Source of the DNA: Ylistrum balloti
Lineage: Eukaryota
Assembly: GCF_031769215.1 (NCBI RefSeq)
Contig: NW_026781862.1
Coordinates: 434,001 to 498,000, forward strand
DNA: 64,000 nucleotides
Direction of reading: 5' to 3'
The position numbers were made by a program, and so were the translations under genes. The notes beneath the pieces are model-generated. The model was not told where the DNA came from, did no database searches, and saw only the letters and a program-made list of their open reading frames with translations. Shown one piece after another: positions 52,282 to 64,000 of this stretch. Numbering within the stretch: position 1 is the first letter of the stretch; each line of letters opens with the position of its first letter.

Positions 52282-52466
52282 GTAAATTATCTTTGATATG
52301 TTTATATATGTACATTGCGCGCGTTTCATTGTATCGCTTTGCATACTGAATAACTAGTTCTATACCGAGAAGACGACATTTAAACAGCTCAACAAGTATT
52401 TATATCAATCATCTTAGTTATTGTGAGGAAGCTACATCAATAAATAAAAAGTATATAATTCGACAG

Positions 52467-52882
52467 GTTGGTTTCAATAAGGGGGATGGTACCCACTACC
52501 ACTTTTTGGAGGGATCAGGCACAGCCTACATTAATACGGTGGTATCACGTAGCAACGTGAACCGGTCAGGCACGTTCGTCTTCAGACTAAACGGGTACAT
52601 GGCACGCCCCGTAAAGGTCGCCGACATAGTGTTTCTGATAGATTCTTCCTACAGCGAGAAGGATCATTTTGACAGTGTCCTTCAGTACATAGTCAACGTT
52701 ACGGACAATCTCAACATAGCTGCTAATGAGACACAGGTAGCTGTTGTAAGTTTCTCCGCGACAGCCCAGGAGGAGCTCGATTTCCTATCCTGCACGAACA
52801 AGGACTGTGTTCACGACCGTGTTTTGAACATATCCCATCTCAATAGCACCTCACACATGGAAACCGGGCTAGATATGGCAAG
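52467..52882 (+). CDS. NIDO-VWA-VWA protein, exon 4: VGFNKGDG...SNVNRSGTFVFRLNG then VWA1 (DIVFLIDSSYS...TQVAVVSFS)
   Basis: NIDO C-terminal 'VGFNAGDG...SNV...G.WVFR' motif; VWA MIDAS DxSxS; phase 0 to 2. Confidence 0.93.
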
Positions 52883-53133
52883 GTTTGATCCTCTATCCAT
52901 CTACGTATGATTCCTACTTCGTGGAAATAGTATTTGTATTCATGTGTTATTTTTGAAGTGCAAGCAGATATTTTTATACTGTTAACGATAAAATGTTTGA
53001 GGATTTTAGTTTCAAGCTATTATCGAAGATGAACCAAAATCACTAAATGAATCTGACAAAATATAATTTAGGAAGAAAACCATAGTCTTTACAATATTAT
53101 CTGCTTAAATATGGTGTCCTACTATTCTTCCAG

Positions 53134-53414
53134 CGACATGTTCCAGTGGACGAAGGGAGGAAGACAAGCTGCGGTGAAGTACGTTGTTGTACTAAGTGAT
53201 GGACTGGTCAGTGAGAGGATGAAGGTCAAACGTAAAGCGAGATTAATGTCCGATAGACACGGTGGTATCACAGTAGTAAGTGTTGGACTTGGGCGATCTG
53301 TGTATCACACCATACTGGAGAGTGTAGCCTTCAATAGTTCATACTTACTGGCACCAGATCCTGGCAAATTGCTGGACCTTCTGCAGTTAGAGCTGCAAGA
53401 TCAAAACACTACAG
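53134..53414 (+). CDS. NIDO-VWA-VWA protein, exon 5: VWA1 second half (DMFQWTKGGRQAAVKYVVVLSDG...VVSVGLG...LESVA)
   Basis: Acceptor ttcttccag phase 2, donor G|gtaact phase 1; typical VWA 'K..VV.TDG' motif. Confidence 0.92.
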
Positions 53415-53544
53415 GTAACTCACATGTCGATACCCCATGAAATATTGTTACTCATCGTAGTTACTCTGTATACGATATTTCCCTGGAACACTAACTCGTT
53501 ATTGTCCATATTTACATTGTATTTGTTTGTATGTTTCTGAATAG

Positions 53545-54122
53545 ATTGTGTGAAAGAATACAATGCTGACATACTGGTCATGGTGGAAACATCAACAACG
53601 AGCGGCAAAATCTATAAGACGGTGATGGAATTTCTACAGACATTCCTCAGTAAAATCAACCCGAACAACTACGATAACAATATCACCTTTAGTTTAGCCC
53701 AGTATGATAATAAGACTAACTATATCATACGGGAATGTCGACTGTCAAACTTACAATACATCCAGGACGCCATCAAGGAGCTGAGGCAGTCACCTGGAGA
53801 GGAACCGGATTGGAACAGTTTGCTGAGGTTTGTCGATGTCCATACGTCCTACACTAGTGTGAAAATTCGTAAATATGTCATGTTTGTAACAGCAGGTCAC
53901 ATCCAAAAAGAATCTGTGGCACATATAAAAAGACAGCTCGTGAATCTGCGTGACAACAACGATGTGATCGTAGTGATGTTTGGGGTTGCTGACCACACAG
54001 ACTGGACGGTACTAGAAAAGGTATATGATCGTGGGTTTTACACGTTCTCTACAGAGGATGTCGATGTTGCGTCACGTGTTCTTTGGAATGACATTAAAAT
54101 GACTAACTGTACAATAATTTAA
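53545..54122 (+). CDS. NIDO-VWA-VWA protein, terminal exon 6: VWA2 with degenerate MIDAS
   Basis: Acceptor tttctgaatag phase 1; DILVMVETS...FSLAQY...RKYVMFVTAG...VVMFGV; stop TAA at 54120-54122. Total CDS 1881 nt = 626 aa. Confidence 0.9.
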
Positions 54123-54694
54123 GCAAATCAACAAAGATGTATTGTAAGTTGGTCACAATCGACATCGCTGTTTAAAGAGTCTAACAGGGACAAAATCATG
54201 TTTTTTTATCAACGTCAATAGTGATTGTACAGTGAAACTATTCTAGCAACTAATCACAGTATTTTATCGACTTTATTGCACTGAATTTATTTTAATGAAT
54301 AGTACTCAAACACATTGACTAATATGGCACAATATCCAGATGGTACAATTATTTGGAGCACAAATAAAATGATAGAAAATTACCGTTATACTATCCAGAC
54401 ACTTTAAACGTAATGCAAGATTAGGCTAACGGATGACGTTTTAAAATATAGCTTTGAAGACTTAAAGAAACAGATCTACAGGTATTACCTGAGACGGTAA
54501 GCATATTGAATATGTTAATCAAGTCAAATATCCAGGACTCATTTTAAGTCTTTAACTCTCTCCTAGAACCCACATACTCAATGTGTTGATGAAAGATGCA
54601 GAACTTCACTTAATACTTTCACTTTTGTTTCCGGCTTCGATCTTGGATCGAACAACATTAGTATATTAATATAAAACGATAGAGTATCTAAATG

Positions 54695-55240
54695 TCAACA
54701 TTCACGTTATATATTTGTCAACATTCACGTAACGTTTGTCAACGTTGACGTTATGTTTGTTAACATTAACGTTATGTTTGTCAAGATTCACGTAACGTTT
54801 GTCAACGTTGACGTTATGTTTGTTAACATTCACGTTATGTTTGCCAACGTTGACGTTATGTTTCTTTGTCAACATTCACGTTACGTTTGTTTGTCAACAT
54901 TCACGTTACGTTTGTCAACAATGGCGTTATGTTTGTTTGTCAACATTCACGTTGTTTGTTTGTCAACATTCACGTTATGTTTGTCAATTTTCGCGTTACG
55001 TTTGTCAACATTCACGTTACGTTTGTCAACAATGACGTTATGTTTGTTTGTCAACATTGACGTTATGTTTGTCTGTCAACATTAATGTTACGTTTGTTTG
55101 TCAACATTGACGTTATGTTTGTCAACTTTCGCGTTACGTTTGTCAACATTTACGTTATCTTTGTCAACATTCACGTTACGTTTGTCAACATTTACGTTAT
55201 GTTTGTTTGTCAACATTCACGTTATGTTTGTCGACATTTT
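54695..55240. repeat. Irregular minisatellite, 21/25-bp units (GTCAACATTCACGTTATGTTT[GTTT])
   Basis: Read directly; source of ORFs 54753-55316. Confidence 0.92.
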
Positions 55241-56032
55241 CGTCATGTTATTTACATGCCAGTTTAATTCCGTATTTTTTAATGCCTTTCGGTATTTTAC
55301 GAGGTGTCTTTTGTAATAATAATTTTAACGTGACCAGAAAAATGAACATGTGATTTTAGCATGACTAATCGATTACCCAGTAACATTTGCTGCAATACTT
55401 CAACTTTAACTGCTTGTGGAGCATCAGCATATCGACCAAAGTAATGTCAAAATATACAAGACATATATTGCATAGCGATGGTGGTTTTGTGATGTGTTTA
55501 TCAGTCGTTTCCTGAGAGGGTGTGCATACCAGCAGTTTTGTGATATCAACACAAATAGTTATCTCACTATAAGCACACAAGCAGTGTTTCTACTGATGGG
55601 CTGTCATATGGAGATGCAGGTCATTTATCAATTTTCTGATTTTCTCTTCTATTTGTTGATGTCTTTCACATTATTTGGTTTTCTCCTGTATTATTTGTGA
55701 GCTGGAGACCATCATAGATTGAAAATAGGAGATAGTCGCGTCGAGAGAGTCGCCTCACCTGTGTTTGCTAGTCTGCAGTGTTCATAAACACTGTGCCCAA
55801 CTCCTAGTGTTTTACATGTAGTTCCCGACAGTGTAAGATGAAGTGATTGCGAGTCTGCTTGTGTATTGCAGATTGCAAATTAAGGGGGAAATATAGCGCT
55901 GAATTATTTTTGTTCTGTTTGGTCGTCCTTGATTTTCGGCTACTTCTCTTGGGTGCCCCTATGCAGGATGTAGGTTCATCAGCGGGCGTGGAGCGATTTC
56001 TTCATGTACTTTTCCTGCTGGCAAGAGATTAC

Positions 56033-56682
56033 CTGTGGTGTCACGCAGCTTTCTTTGGTGGCTCGTTGAAAAGATCCATATGAAGGAAAAAGAGAGTATT
56101 TGTCAAGGACGTGTCGAATAGTGGTAATTTCCGTGTCATTCAATGTCAGTCCTACATCATACTCCAATGTCAACGGTTTCCTGATTACAGACCTAAATGT
56201 AGTTAGTTAGGCCTCTCGTCTCTAGGACCATGTCGACATGAGAGACTCTATCCAGGGTGTAGTTAGCAACATCTTTCGGTCGGACTGTAATTGTATTCGA
56301 CTGTTTTGATCGTAGATCGATCGATAGGAGCGATCTAGTAACTTCTAGTTTATGTTTCATTATGGAAACAATTTGACGGATACCTTTTTTCACAGGGCTT
56401 GCACGCCCCTTCTGAATTTCTGCTTCGAAATGATTTGTCTCACCGTACTAGGCAAGGATAAGTGGCAGTGGGTGTTTCTGTAAGAATATCGGTCCCAATC
56501 CTGCTAAGTCTGACCTCTCTCTTGGTTCTTTGTAAATGAGGATCTCACTTTTCTTTGTGGTGATATAGAATTTATCCATCCTGGAAGTCTGGTGTGTTTC
56601 GTTCAGACATGTTCGGGGTTCTTCTGGATTGTTGCCTGTGGGAGAGAGAGATTTAGAGATTTTATTTTCGCTCAAAGTCCCA
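56033..56682 (-). pseudogene. Unidentified disrupted reading frame (~215 codons) bounded by splice-like sites
   Basis: ORFs 56448..56675 and 56193..56393 are in one frame separated by a single TAG (56448-56450) plus 18 sense codons; removing the 4-bp duplication TTAGTTAG (56203-56210) joins them to ORF 55979..56173; acceptor ttgtttcacatttcag, donor CAG|gtaatc. Confidence 0.55.
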
Positions 56683-57264
56683 CTGAAATGTGAAACAAGA
56701 GGTCACAATTCGTTACATTGATATGTTACATGGCAGGAGTACAACGGTGCAGCTAATTATAAGCTTACAGACGGGATACTACAGTCTCAGCTGACAGGCC
56801 TATATCTTTAACTTCTCTATGAACGTGGTACGTTTTCCCGCCTGTTTCTCGCAGTTTTCATTAGTTCGTTATCGTATGGTTTCAGAGAGACTATCATATC
56901 TTTGGTCCTTCTTTCATGTCCTATTGATTAAGAAAATTGCCCGGAGGATTTTTATTTATACTTGTGGATCCATATGTCTGGAGATCCTTCAGTAACAACA
57001 ATAGGCTGCCGGTTATTCTAATTTAGTGTCATTTCTTCATCGACTGTCGTGTCATACTACAGATCAGCCATTGGTCTTCTCGCTTGGACCGATTGGGTTC
57101 TCATCATCAACTGACCTTACTAGACAATGGTGGTCTGGGAATACCTGGCAGAATACATACTTCTCAAAGTTACAGATACAGTTTGACTACTATCCGTTAT
57201 TTCTTATATTTTGGCTGTCCTTTTGGATATTACTTTTTCATTCTCTTGTTTGCTAATGTTCATA

Positions 57265-57706
57265 CGGCATGTTGGAAGTTAATGTTTATATGGCTTGTTG
57301 GAAGTTAACGTTTATACGGCTTGTTGGAAGGGCTTGTTGGAAGTTAATGTTTATATGGCTTGTTGGAAGTTAATGTTTATATGGCTTGTTGGAACGGCTT
57401 GTTGGAAGGGCTTGTTGGAAGTTAATGTTTATATGGCTTGTTGGAACGGCTTGTTGGAAGGGCTTGTTGGAAGTTAATGTTTATACGGCTTGTTGGAACG
57501 GCTTGTTGGAAGTTAATGTTTATACGGCTTGTTGGAACGGCTTGTTGGAAGTTAATGTTTATATGGCTTGTTGGAGGGGCTTGTTGGAAGTTAATGTTTA
57601 TACGGCTTGTTGGAAGTTAATGTTTATACGGCTTGTTGGAGGGCTTGTTGGAAGTTAATGTTTATATGGCTTGTTGGAAGTTAATGTTTATACGGCTTGT
57701 TGGAAG
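57265..57706. repeat. Minisatellite with interleaved 26-bp (GGCTTGTTGGAAGTTAATGTTTATAY) and 12-13-bp (GGCTTGTTGGAAN) units
   Basis: Read directly. Confidence 0.94.
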
Positions 57707-59714
57707 TTCGGGCCAAGAGGTGTTGTTCAACCTTGTTTTATGAGCATCGATAACTGTTAATAGTGATGTTTCACTGGTTGGTTTAACCGCTAGATGTGCT
57801 TCTCAAGTTAAATAGACAAAAACGTCCTTGATAAATATCTAGTAACTGCCGTTTTTGGGGTTTTTTTTCACAACAGCCTTAACCATGTAAGTATTTAAAT
57901 CTCCGACACAAACACGCTTGAACAACATCTTTTCTAATATATATGTCAACCTATGAGATGATACTATTCCCAACCGACTTTGACCATGTTGGCTGGACAT
58001 CTCACTCTATATATTTGTATGGGGAAAACATACTATAACAGTTCTTCCTGTAAAATATACCACTACATATTCTTTAATTCTCTGTTGTTACAAGAATACT
58101 TTCTGGTACTTAATAAAAATTTAACGCTGGAATTCAGATCCAAACCGATCGGTATTCTCTCGTTGCATTTGGAAGGCCAAGGTGGATTGGTGAATTTGAA
58201 AGGCTGTTTGCTAGTTACATCTCATGACCAATAGATATTAATTTATTATTCTACAGGTAGATACAACTTCTCCATTTTAAGATGTCTCTAGGATTGAAGT
58301 TCTAACACAACTAGCAGAAGATTTGAGTGTGATGTTTCTATAAAACACGGATCCCCTGACTAGTGTGAAACATATACCAGCACTGACGTGCATAGTGTAT
58401 ACTACCAGATGGTAAGAAATCGATCTACATTTCGGCTGTACTGTAATTAAAAGTACACTTCGGTCGAGCTTAATTTGACAAGATGGAAACAAGTACACAC
58501 GTTGGGAACAATGTGCTGTAATCAGTTCGTTTTTGTTTACGCTCTAATCATCTACTGGTTGTGTTATAAGAAATTCTATTCCGATGTCATTACCAACCAA
58601 GGCAAATCTTCCGGAATTAGAATGTCTTCATTTTAGATATTTGTCCTACTCAATGTTGGTTACATCTGCAGGAGGTAATATGTATTTCTTTACCTCTAGT
58701 TTACTATGTCTCTTGTGAATAATGATCCAATTTAATAATCAAAGTCTAGCGTGGTTCAGAGACTTGTGTGTTGTAGTTACAAAGCATACATTTATGTCGA
58801 TATCATCTTTGTTTTAATGAACAAATAAACAACAAAATAAATAAAAACACATTTGTACAAGTTTAATATGCGTAATACCAGTTTTAAAAACAGGTTTAAA
58901 TACCTACGTGGATGTATAAGTATGTTTTTAAACATTTTTTTATTAAATCCACTCTACCTTCTAATCTATGAAACATATCCATTATACAGTAGTGTCCATA
59001 ATAACAGCTGTAGTTAAAAGGCCTCGTTATTACAATTAATATCATTCAGTTTATACATGAGTATAACAAACAAAGCTGTCTGTAGTTCAAGACATCCTGC
59101 ACTTAAACTAAAAGCTGCATGGTTATGATGAGCCACGTTAACATGGCCTGGATAAGATTTACCTCCCTTTACTCATCATTCCTGGGAGTAGAATTTTAGC
59201 AACTTTATCACATACACACATACTACAAGACAAATCCTTGTAATGTATGTTGTTCACTTGTGAGAAACATCACTCCATTACCCTTTTTTAACACAAATTT
59301 CGTTTTCAATCATACAATTAAATTTATGTTATATAATCTTTTCCATTGATTGACTGCTTAATTATATTTAGTTGTATTGATACAGTAGACAGATATTATA
59401 AACATCAGAATATTAATCTTTGTCATCCATGGCTGAAAACAGTCTGCATCATGTAATATAAAGCCTATGTAAAACTTATGTGTCTATATTCTATTATTAT
59501 TACATATGATAATACACTTCAAGCAACAATTAATGTTTGGACAAACCAGGTTATACAAAGGGAGGTAACTCCTTGGGGGTTGGGGATGGGACACAGAGAA
59601 GTGCACAACAATGCATCAGTATTTCTTTGGAATGACAAACCAGTAATCTATTGTTTATAAAAAAAACTTGTCTTATCATTAACTACTAATTTTGTACTAT
59701 ACAGAGTAGCAACT

Positions 59715-60030
59715 ATTAGTCAACTACCTTCTCCTCCACTAAACTTCTTCCACTAAACTCCTTACACTACCTTCTCCTCCACTAAACTCCTTCCACTAAA
59801 CTTCTTCCACTACCATCTCCTCCACTAAACTTCTTCCACCAAACTCCTTCCACTACCCTCTCCTCCACTAACTCCTTCCACTACCCTCTCCTCCACTAAA
59901 CTCCTTCCACTACCCTCTCCTCCACTAAACTCCTTCCACTACCCTCTCCTCCACTAAACTCCTTCCACTACCCTCTCCTCCACTAATCTCCTTCCATTAC
60001 CCTGCCCTCCACTAAACTCCTTCCACTTTG
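59715..60030. repeat. Pyrimidine-rich minisatellite, ~29-bp unit (CTTCCACTACCCTCTCCTCCACTAAACTC)
   Basis: Read directly; plus strand nearly G-free. Confidence 0.92.
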
Positions 60031-60992
60031 GTCGTTTCTACTAAACTTTTCCCACCAGGTTTCCCTCTGCTAAATTTCTCCAGCTAGGCTCCTCCATTAA
60101 ACCTCAAATAAACATGACTAAACAGACTTCACATAACATCTTGTTTCATCACAATATCATACAGTTGCTATTATCACCAGGACAGCCCATATCATCATAA
60201 AAATCTTTAAATATTTCATTGATTTGCTGTCATTTATTTCAAAACATCAATATCAAAGATGACACCAAGCAAAACAATTTTGTATTCGTAACAATATCAA
60301 GCTTCATGGGTTAAATTAAGGAACAGGTTACAAAAAAATCATACATTTCTGGGATGCTGAAATTTCATGTTTTTCCAAAAATATGCATTTCATTGGCAAT
60401 TGATTTTGTGAGTAAATCTTCCTAACATTATCCCATGTTACTTCAATGTCAGCATTTATCTGCATATCTTTATCACGGATATATACATTCCTGGATTTAG
60501 AGTGCCCAGACAAACAAGAATAAATTCCCCATGAAAATTTACAGTTGATCTACAAAGAATAATTGAGAACAGAATTTGATCTTTCCCATGGACTTTAATA
60601 ATCGTTGGTCTAGATTATACTTCAGTGAATTGTCTATTTATCATCACAGCATCTAAACCATTATATAGATTAAATATGAGATTAAAGATGAAGCAGCAAA
60701 GATCACCAACCAAAAGACATCCTACAGTATATAGACAGCAAAGCAGTCACATCATGTGTTAGCATCATGTTTCAATCCACAGTCAGTAACATAGAGAAGT
60801 GGAACCGATGAAATATGATATTTCTGTCTATCCACAAACGCTGGTCACAAAAGTGTATCTAGCACTGGTCTGGTGCTGAGTTAAGTCCAGTCATGTTTAG
60901 TATGTGGAGAACACATTTATTTATGTATGTATATCAACTTCACTGGTCAGAATAAAGCACACTTGAAGGACACAGAAAGAACATGGTCGTCT

Positions 60993-61178
60993 TCAACTGA
61001 GAGAAGTGGCTTCCAAAGTTCCAGCAAAGTATCGGCTGACAAAGTCTGTTGCAACTTCCTTTGTGATCACCGTCTCAGGACTAAGATAAACTTTTTGGTC
61101 AGGAAGATCAAAGATGACCAGAAGTGGACACCGGTCCTCTAGGTTGGCAAAATCACGCACATTATCACAACATTCATT
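60993..61178 (-). CDS. NXN: Nucleoredoxin-like gene, terminal exon: NECCDNVRDFANLEDRCPLLVIFDLPDQKVYLSPETVITKEVATDFVSRYFAGTLEATSLS*
   Basis: Acceptor tttgtttgtttcag phase 0; matches the recalled NXN C-terminus 'DSLRDYTNLPEAAPLLTILDMSARAKY...IT...VEAFVNDFLA.KL'. Confidence 0.85.
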   Translation of the reverse strand, partial: NECCDNVRDFANLEDRCPLLVIFDLPDQKVYLSPETVITKEVATDFVSRYFAGTLEATSLS

Positions 61179-61914
61179 CTGAAACAAACAAAAAATTAAT
61201 AAATCTGAAATTAAAGGCCATGCAGAAAGGTAGGTATTCTAAATAATAATCTAATGTTGGGTCCACAATATTGGAAATCCTTGATAAAGAGTATTGCTAA
61301 TGAAGGGAATTCCAAATGTAGGGAACGCCCAAAATAAAATCTCCCGAATATTGTTTATCCACAATTTACCACATCTGCAAATTAGGGTATTCCCAAATCA
61401 AGATATATCAAATATATGTTTCCTAATGTTGCAAGAAATTCAAATTGTAAGGAATCCCCAATGTTGAAAATGCAGGGTACCCCATATCTCCAACAAAGGG
61501 TATCCCCAAAGCAAGTTATAAATCAACCCATGCACGGCACCCTAAGTTCTCTAAGCAGAGTATCCACAATGAACAGTATCCTAAATTTCCAAGCAGGGCA
61601 TCATTAATGCATAGTATGCTAAATGTAGGGTACTCCCAATGTAGAGAATTCCTGATGTAGGTTATTCACACTAACATAGTGTATCCAGATTGCAAAGTAT
61701 TAAAATATATACCAGGTACAGAGCACTTTCCCCAAGGGTACCACAAATGCAAAATATCTACAACAAAGGTTGTTTCCGAAGTAGTGTATATAGGGTATCT
61801 CTGTATCCCCACTGTAGGAAAAGTGTATTCCCCATATAAGAAGTGCCCTATGAATCACACTGACCTCTGAACCTTTCATATTGACCTATTTTACTCTCAA
61901 TTTGGCCTGCTTAC

Positions 61915-62024
61915 CTCTGTTCCATAAAAGAAGTAGAGTTCTTGATCTTCGCCTTTCTGGTGTTCCTCACGAGCGAGACTCTCCAGAACTTCCTTGCTCA
62001 TCTCTATATCTGCATCCTCCCCTT
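61915..62024 (-). CDS. NXN: Nucleoredoxin-like gene, penultimate exon: (E)GEDADIEMSKEVLESLAREEHQKGEDQELYFFYGTE
   Basis: Acceptor ttttatatttacag, donor GAG|gtaagc, phase 1 to 0 joining 61178; upstream exons lie beyond the window. Confidence 0.82.
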
Positions 62025-62154
62025 CTGTAAATATAAAATAAAATGTCATAAACAATATAATACAAACCTGGGGCTCAAAGGACAGCATCAATGGTTTGGT
62101 TTCTAAATCAGTATATAGAAACAAAAGATTGCAAGACCCAATTCATCACAGACA

Positions 62155-63560
62155 TCAAATACGCCCACTAAGTCTAGATCTATGTACTACACCCACTAAG
62201 TCTAGATCTATGTACTATGTCAGTTATGTCTAGAGTCACGTACTATGCCCACTAAGTCTAGATCTATGTACTATGTCAGTTATGTCTAGATCTATGTACT
62301 ATGCCTGTTAAGTCCAGATCTATGTACTATGCCAGTTATGTCTAGAGTCACGTACTATGCCCACTAAGTCTAGATCTATGTACTATGCCCACTAAGTCTA
62401 GATCTATGTACTATGCCAACTATGTCTAGAGTCACGTACTATGCCCACTAAGTCTAGATCTATGTACTATGCCCACTAAGTCTAGATCTATGTACTACAC
62501 CCACTAAGTCTAGATCTATGTACTATGTCAGTTATGTCTAGAGTCACGTACTACGCCCACTAAGTCTAGATCTATGTACTATGTCAGTTATGTCTAGATC
62601 TATGTACTATGCCAGCTATGTCTAGAGTCACGTACTATGCCCACTAAGTCTAGATCTATGTACTATGCCCACTAAGTCTAGATCTATGTACTATGCCAGC
62701 TATGTCTAGATCTATGTACTATGCCAGCTATGTCTAGAGTCACGTACTATGCCCACTAAGTCTAGATCTATGTACTATGCCCACTAAGTCTAGATCTATG
62801 TACTATGTCAGTTATGTCTAGATCTATGTACTATGCCTGTTATCCAGATCTATGTACTATGCCAGTTATGTCTAGAGTCACGTACTATGCCCACTAAGTC
62901 TAGATCTATGTACTATGCCCACTAAGTCTAGATCTATGTACTATGCCAGCTATGTCTAGAGTCACGTACTATGCCCACTAAGTATAGATCTATGTACTAT
63001 GCCCACTAATTCTTGATCTATGTACTACGCCCACTAAGTCTAGATCTATGTACTATGTCAGTTATGTCTAGAGTCACGTACTATGCCCACCCACTATGTC
63101 AGTTATGTCTAGATCTATGTACTATGCCAGCTATGTCTAGAGTCACGTACTATGCCCACTAAGTCTAGATCTATGTACTATGCCAGCTATGTCTAGATCT
63201 ATGTACTATGCCAGCTATGTCTAGAGTCACGTACTATGCCAATTAAGTCTAGATCTATGTACTATGCCAGTTATGTCTAAAGTCACGTACTATGCCCATT
63301 AAGTCTAGATCTATGTACTATGCCAGCTATGTCTAGAGTCACGTACTATGCCTGTTATGTCTAGATCCATGTACTATGCCTGTTATGTCTAGATCTACGT
63401 ACTATGCCTGATATGTCTAGATCTATGTACTATGCCTGTTATGTCTAGAGCCACGTACTATGCCTGTTATGTCTAGATCTATGTACTATGCATGCCTGTT
63501 ATGTCTAGATCCATGTACTATGCCCATTTATTCTAGATCCATGTACTATGTCTGTTATGT
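62155..63560. repeat. Minisatellite, 28-bp unit (TCTAGATCTATGTACTATGCCCACTAAG) with GAGTCAC and GTCAGTTATG variants, in an NXN intron
   Basis: Tandem periodicity read directly. Confidence 0.97.
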
Positions 63561-63837
63561 CTAGATTAGGTCTAGATCCTTAGTCTGTCCATACATATAT
63601 ATTCTATATAGAATGAGTGTATATTGACAGATAAGGCTTAAGAACTTGTGGCATTGACATGACACATCTTACACTTTCTTGTCACAAGAGTTAAATTAAT
63701 TGATGAAGGAAAATGTGAAGCTTCAAGAGCATCCTTAAATATGTTGTAAAAACAGAAAGATTTGATTTCAAAAAGTAAAAGTTGTATAAGGATTGTCTCC
63801 CTTTGTTCAAGTTTCATTTATTTGGCATAAGCACACT

Positions 63838-64000
63838 TCCAATCACTTAGGATTTTCTTCCGAGTTGCCTCAAAGGCTTCAAATTTATGCTATTAGCATC
63901 TCTGATGAGTCCTGGAAGGACAAAACATCTGTACGATGTAGTTTAATCCTTTGTTTGGCTCTACTGTAACTAACTCTAAATTTCTGATCTCGTTTTGTAT
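63838..64000 (+). mobile_element. Copy D of the hammerhead-bearing dispersed repeat (runs to window end)
   Basis: Aligns with copies A-C on both sides of the ribozyme. Confidence 0.72.
63896..63939 (+). ncRNA. Minimal type I hammerhead ribozyme, near-canonical (copy D)
   Basis: GCATCT-CTGATGA-GTCCT GGA AGGAC-AAAAC ATCT GTA-CGATGT: intact CUGAUGA and 5-bp stem II; G12>A, plus a mismatch at the stem I pair next to the core. Confidence 0.75.

Noticed and set aside
54631-54653. Hairpin TTCGATC-TTG-GATCGAA with a B-box-like GTTCGATCC on the minus strand
   Set aside because: No A-box or cloverleaf; not a tRNA or SINE on the available evidence
58277-58498. ORFs at 57980-58234 (+) and 58277-58498 (-)
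   Set aside because: No homology I can recognise and no phase-consistent partner exons
60328-60513. 61-aa minus-strand ORF downstream of NXN
   Set aside because: No recognisable motif or splice context; probably NXN 3' UTR or intergenic
4085-63560. General enrichment of palindromes in minisatellite units (AGGTACCT, TAGATCTA, TGATCA, TCCGGA)
   Set aside because: With ~25 units of ~30 bp, several 6-8-bp palindromes are expected by chance; only the 10-bp PAR-bZIP-type site was kept

Overview
AT-rich eukaryotic (animal, most likely bivalve mollusc) genomic DNA. By hand estimate about one third (~22-23 kb) is made of more than 20 unrelated minisatellite arrays, mostly with 21-72 bp units and one of 103 bp. 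I reconstructed three spliced genes by hand from splice phases. (1) A minus-strand alpha-carbonic-anhydrase-fold gene with six exons (29408 to 14288). All three Zn-binding His, the proton-shuttle His64, Glu106 and Thr199 appear substituted, the extracellular disulfide pair is kept, and it ends in a GPI/TM-like hydrophobic tail. Its first exon was not found and one acceptor AG is missing in this sequence. (2) A complete plus-strand secreted NIDO-VWA-VWA gene (six exons, 49867-54122, 626 aa). (3) The last two exons of a minus-strand nucleoredoxin-like gene (62024 to 60993). Mobile DNA includes several decayed Penelope-like RT fragments, a probable Helentron-type non-autonomous fragment, and a dispersed repeat present four times that carries a minimal type I hammerhead ribozyme. 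Each ribozyme copy has a different lesion, and one is nested inside a Penelope-like ORF. An unidentified disrupted reading frame lies at 56033-56682. Most ORFs in the supplied track are repeat artefacts. No database searches were run, so family calls rest on recalled motifs.
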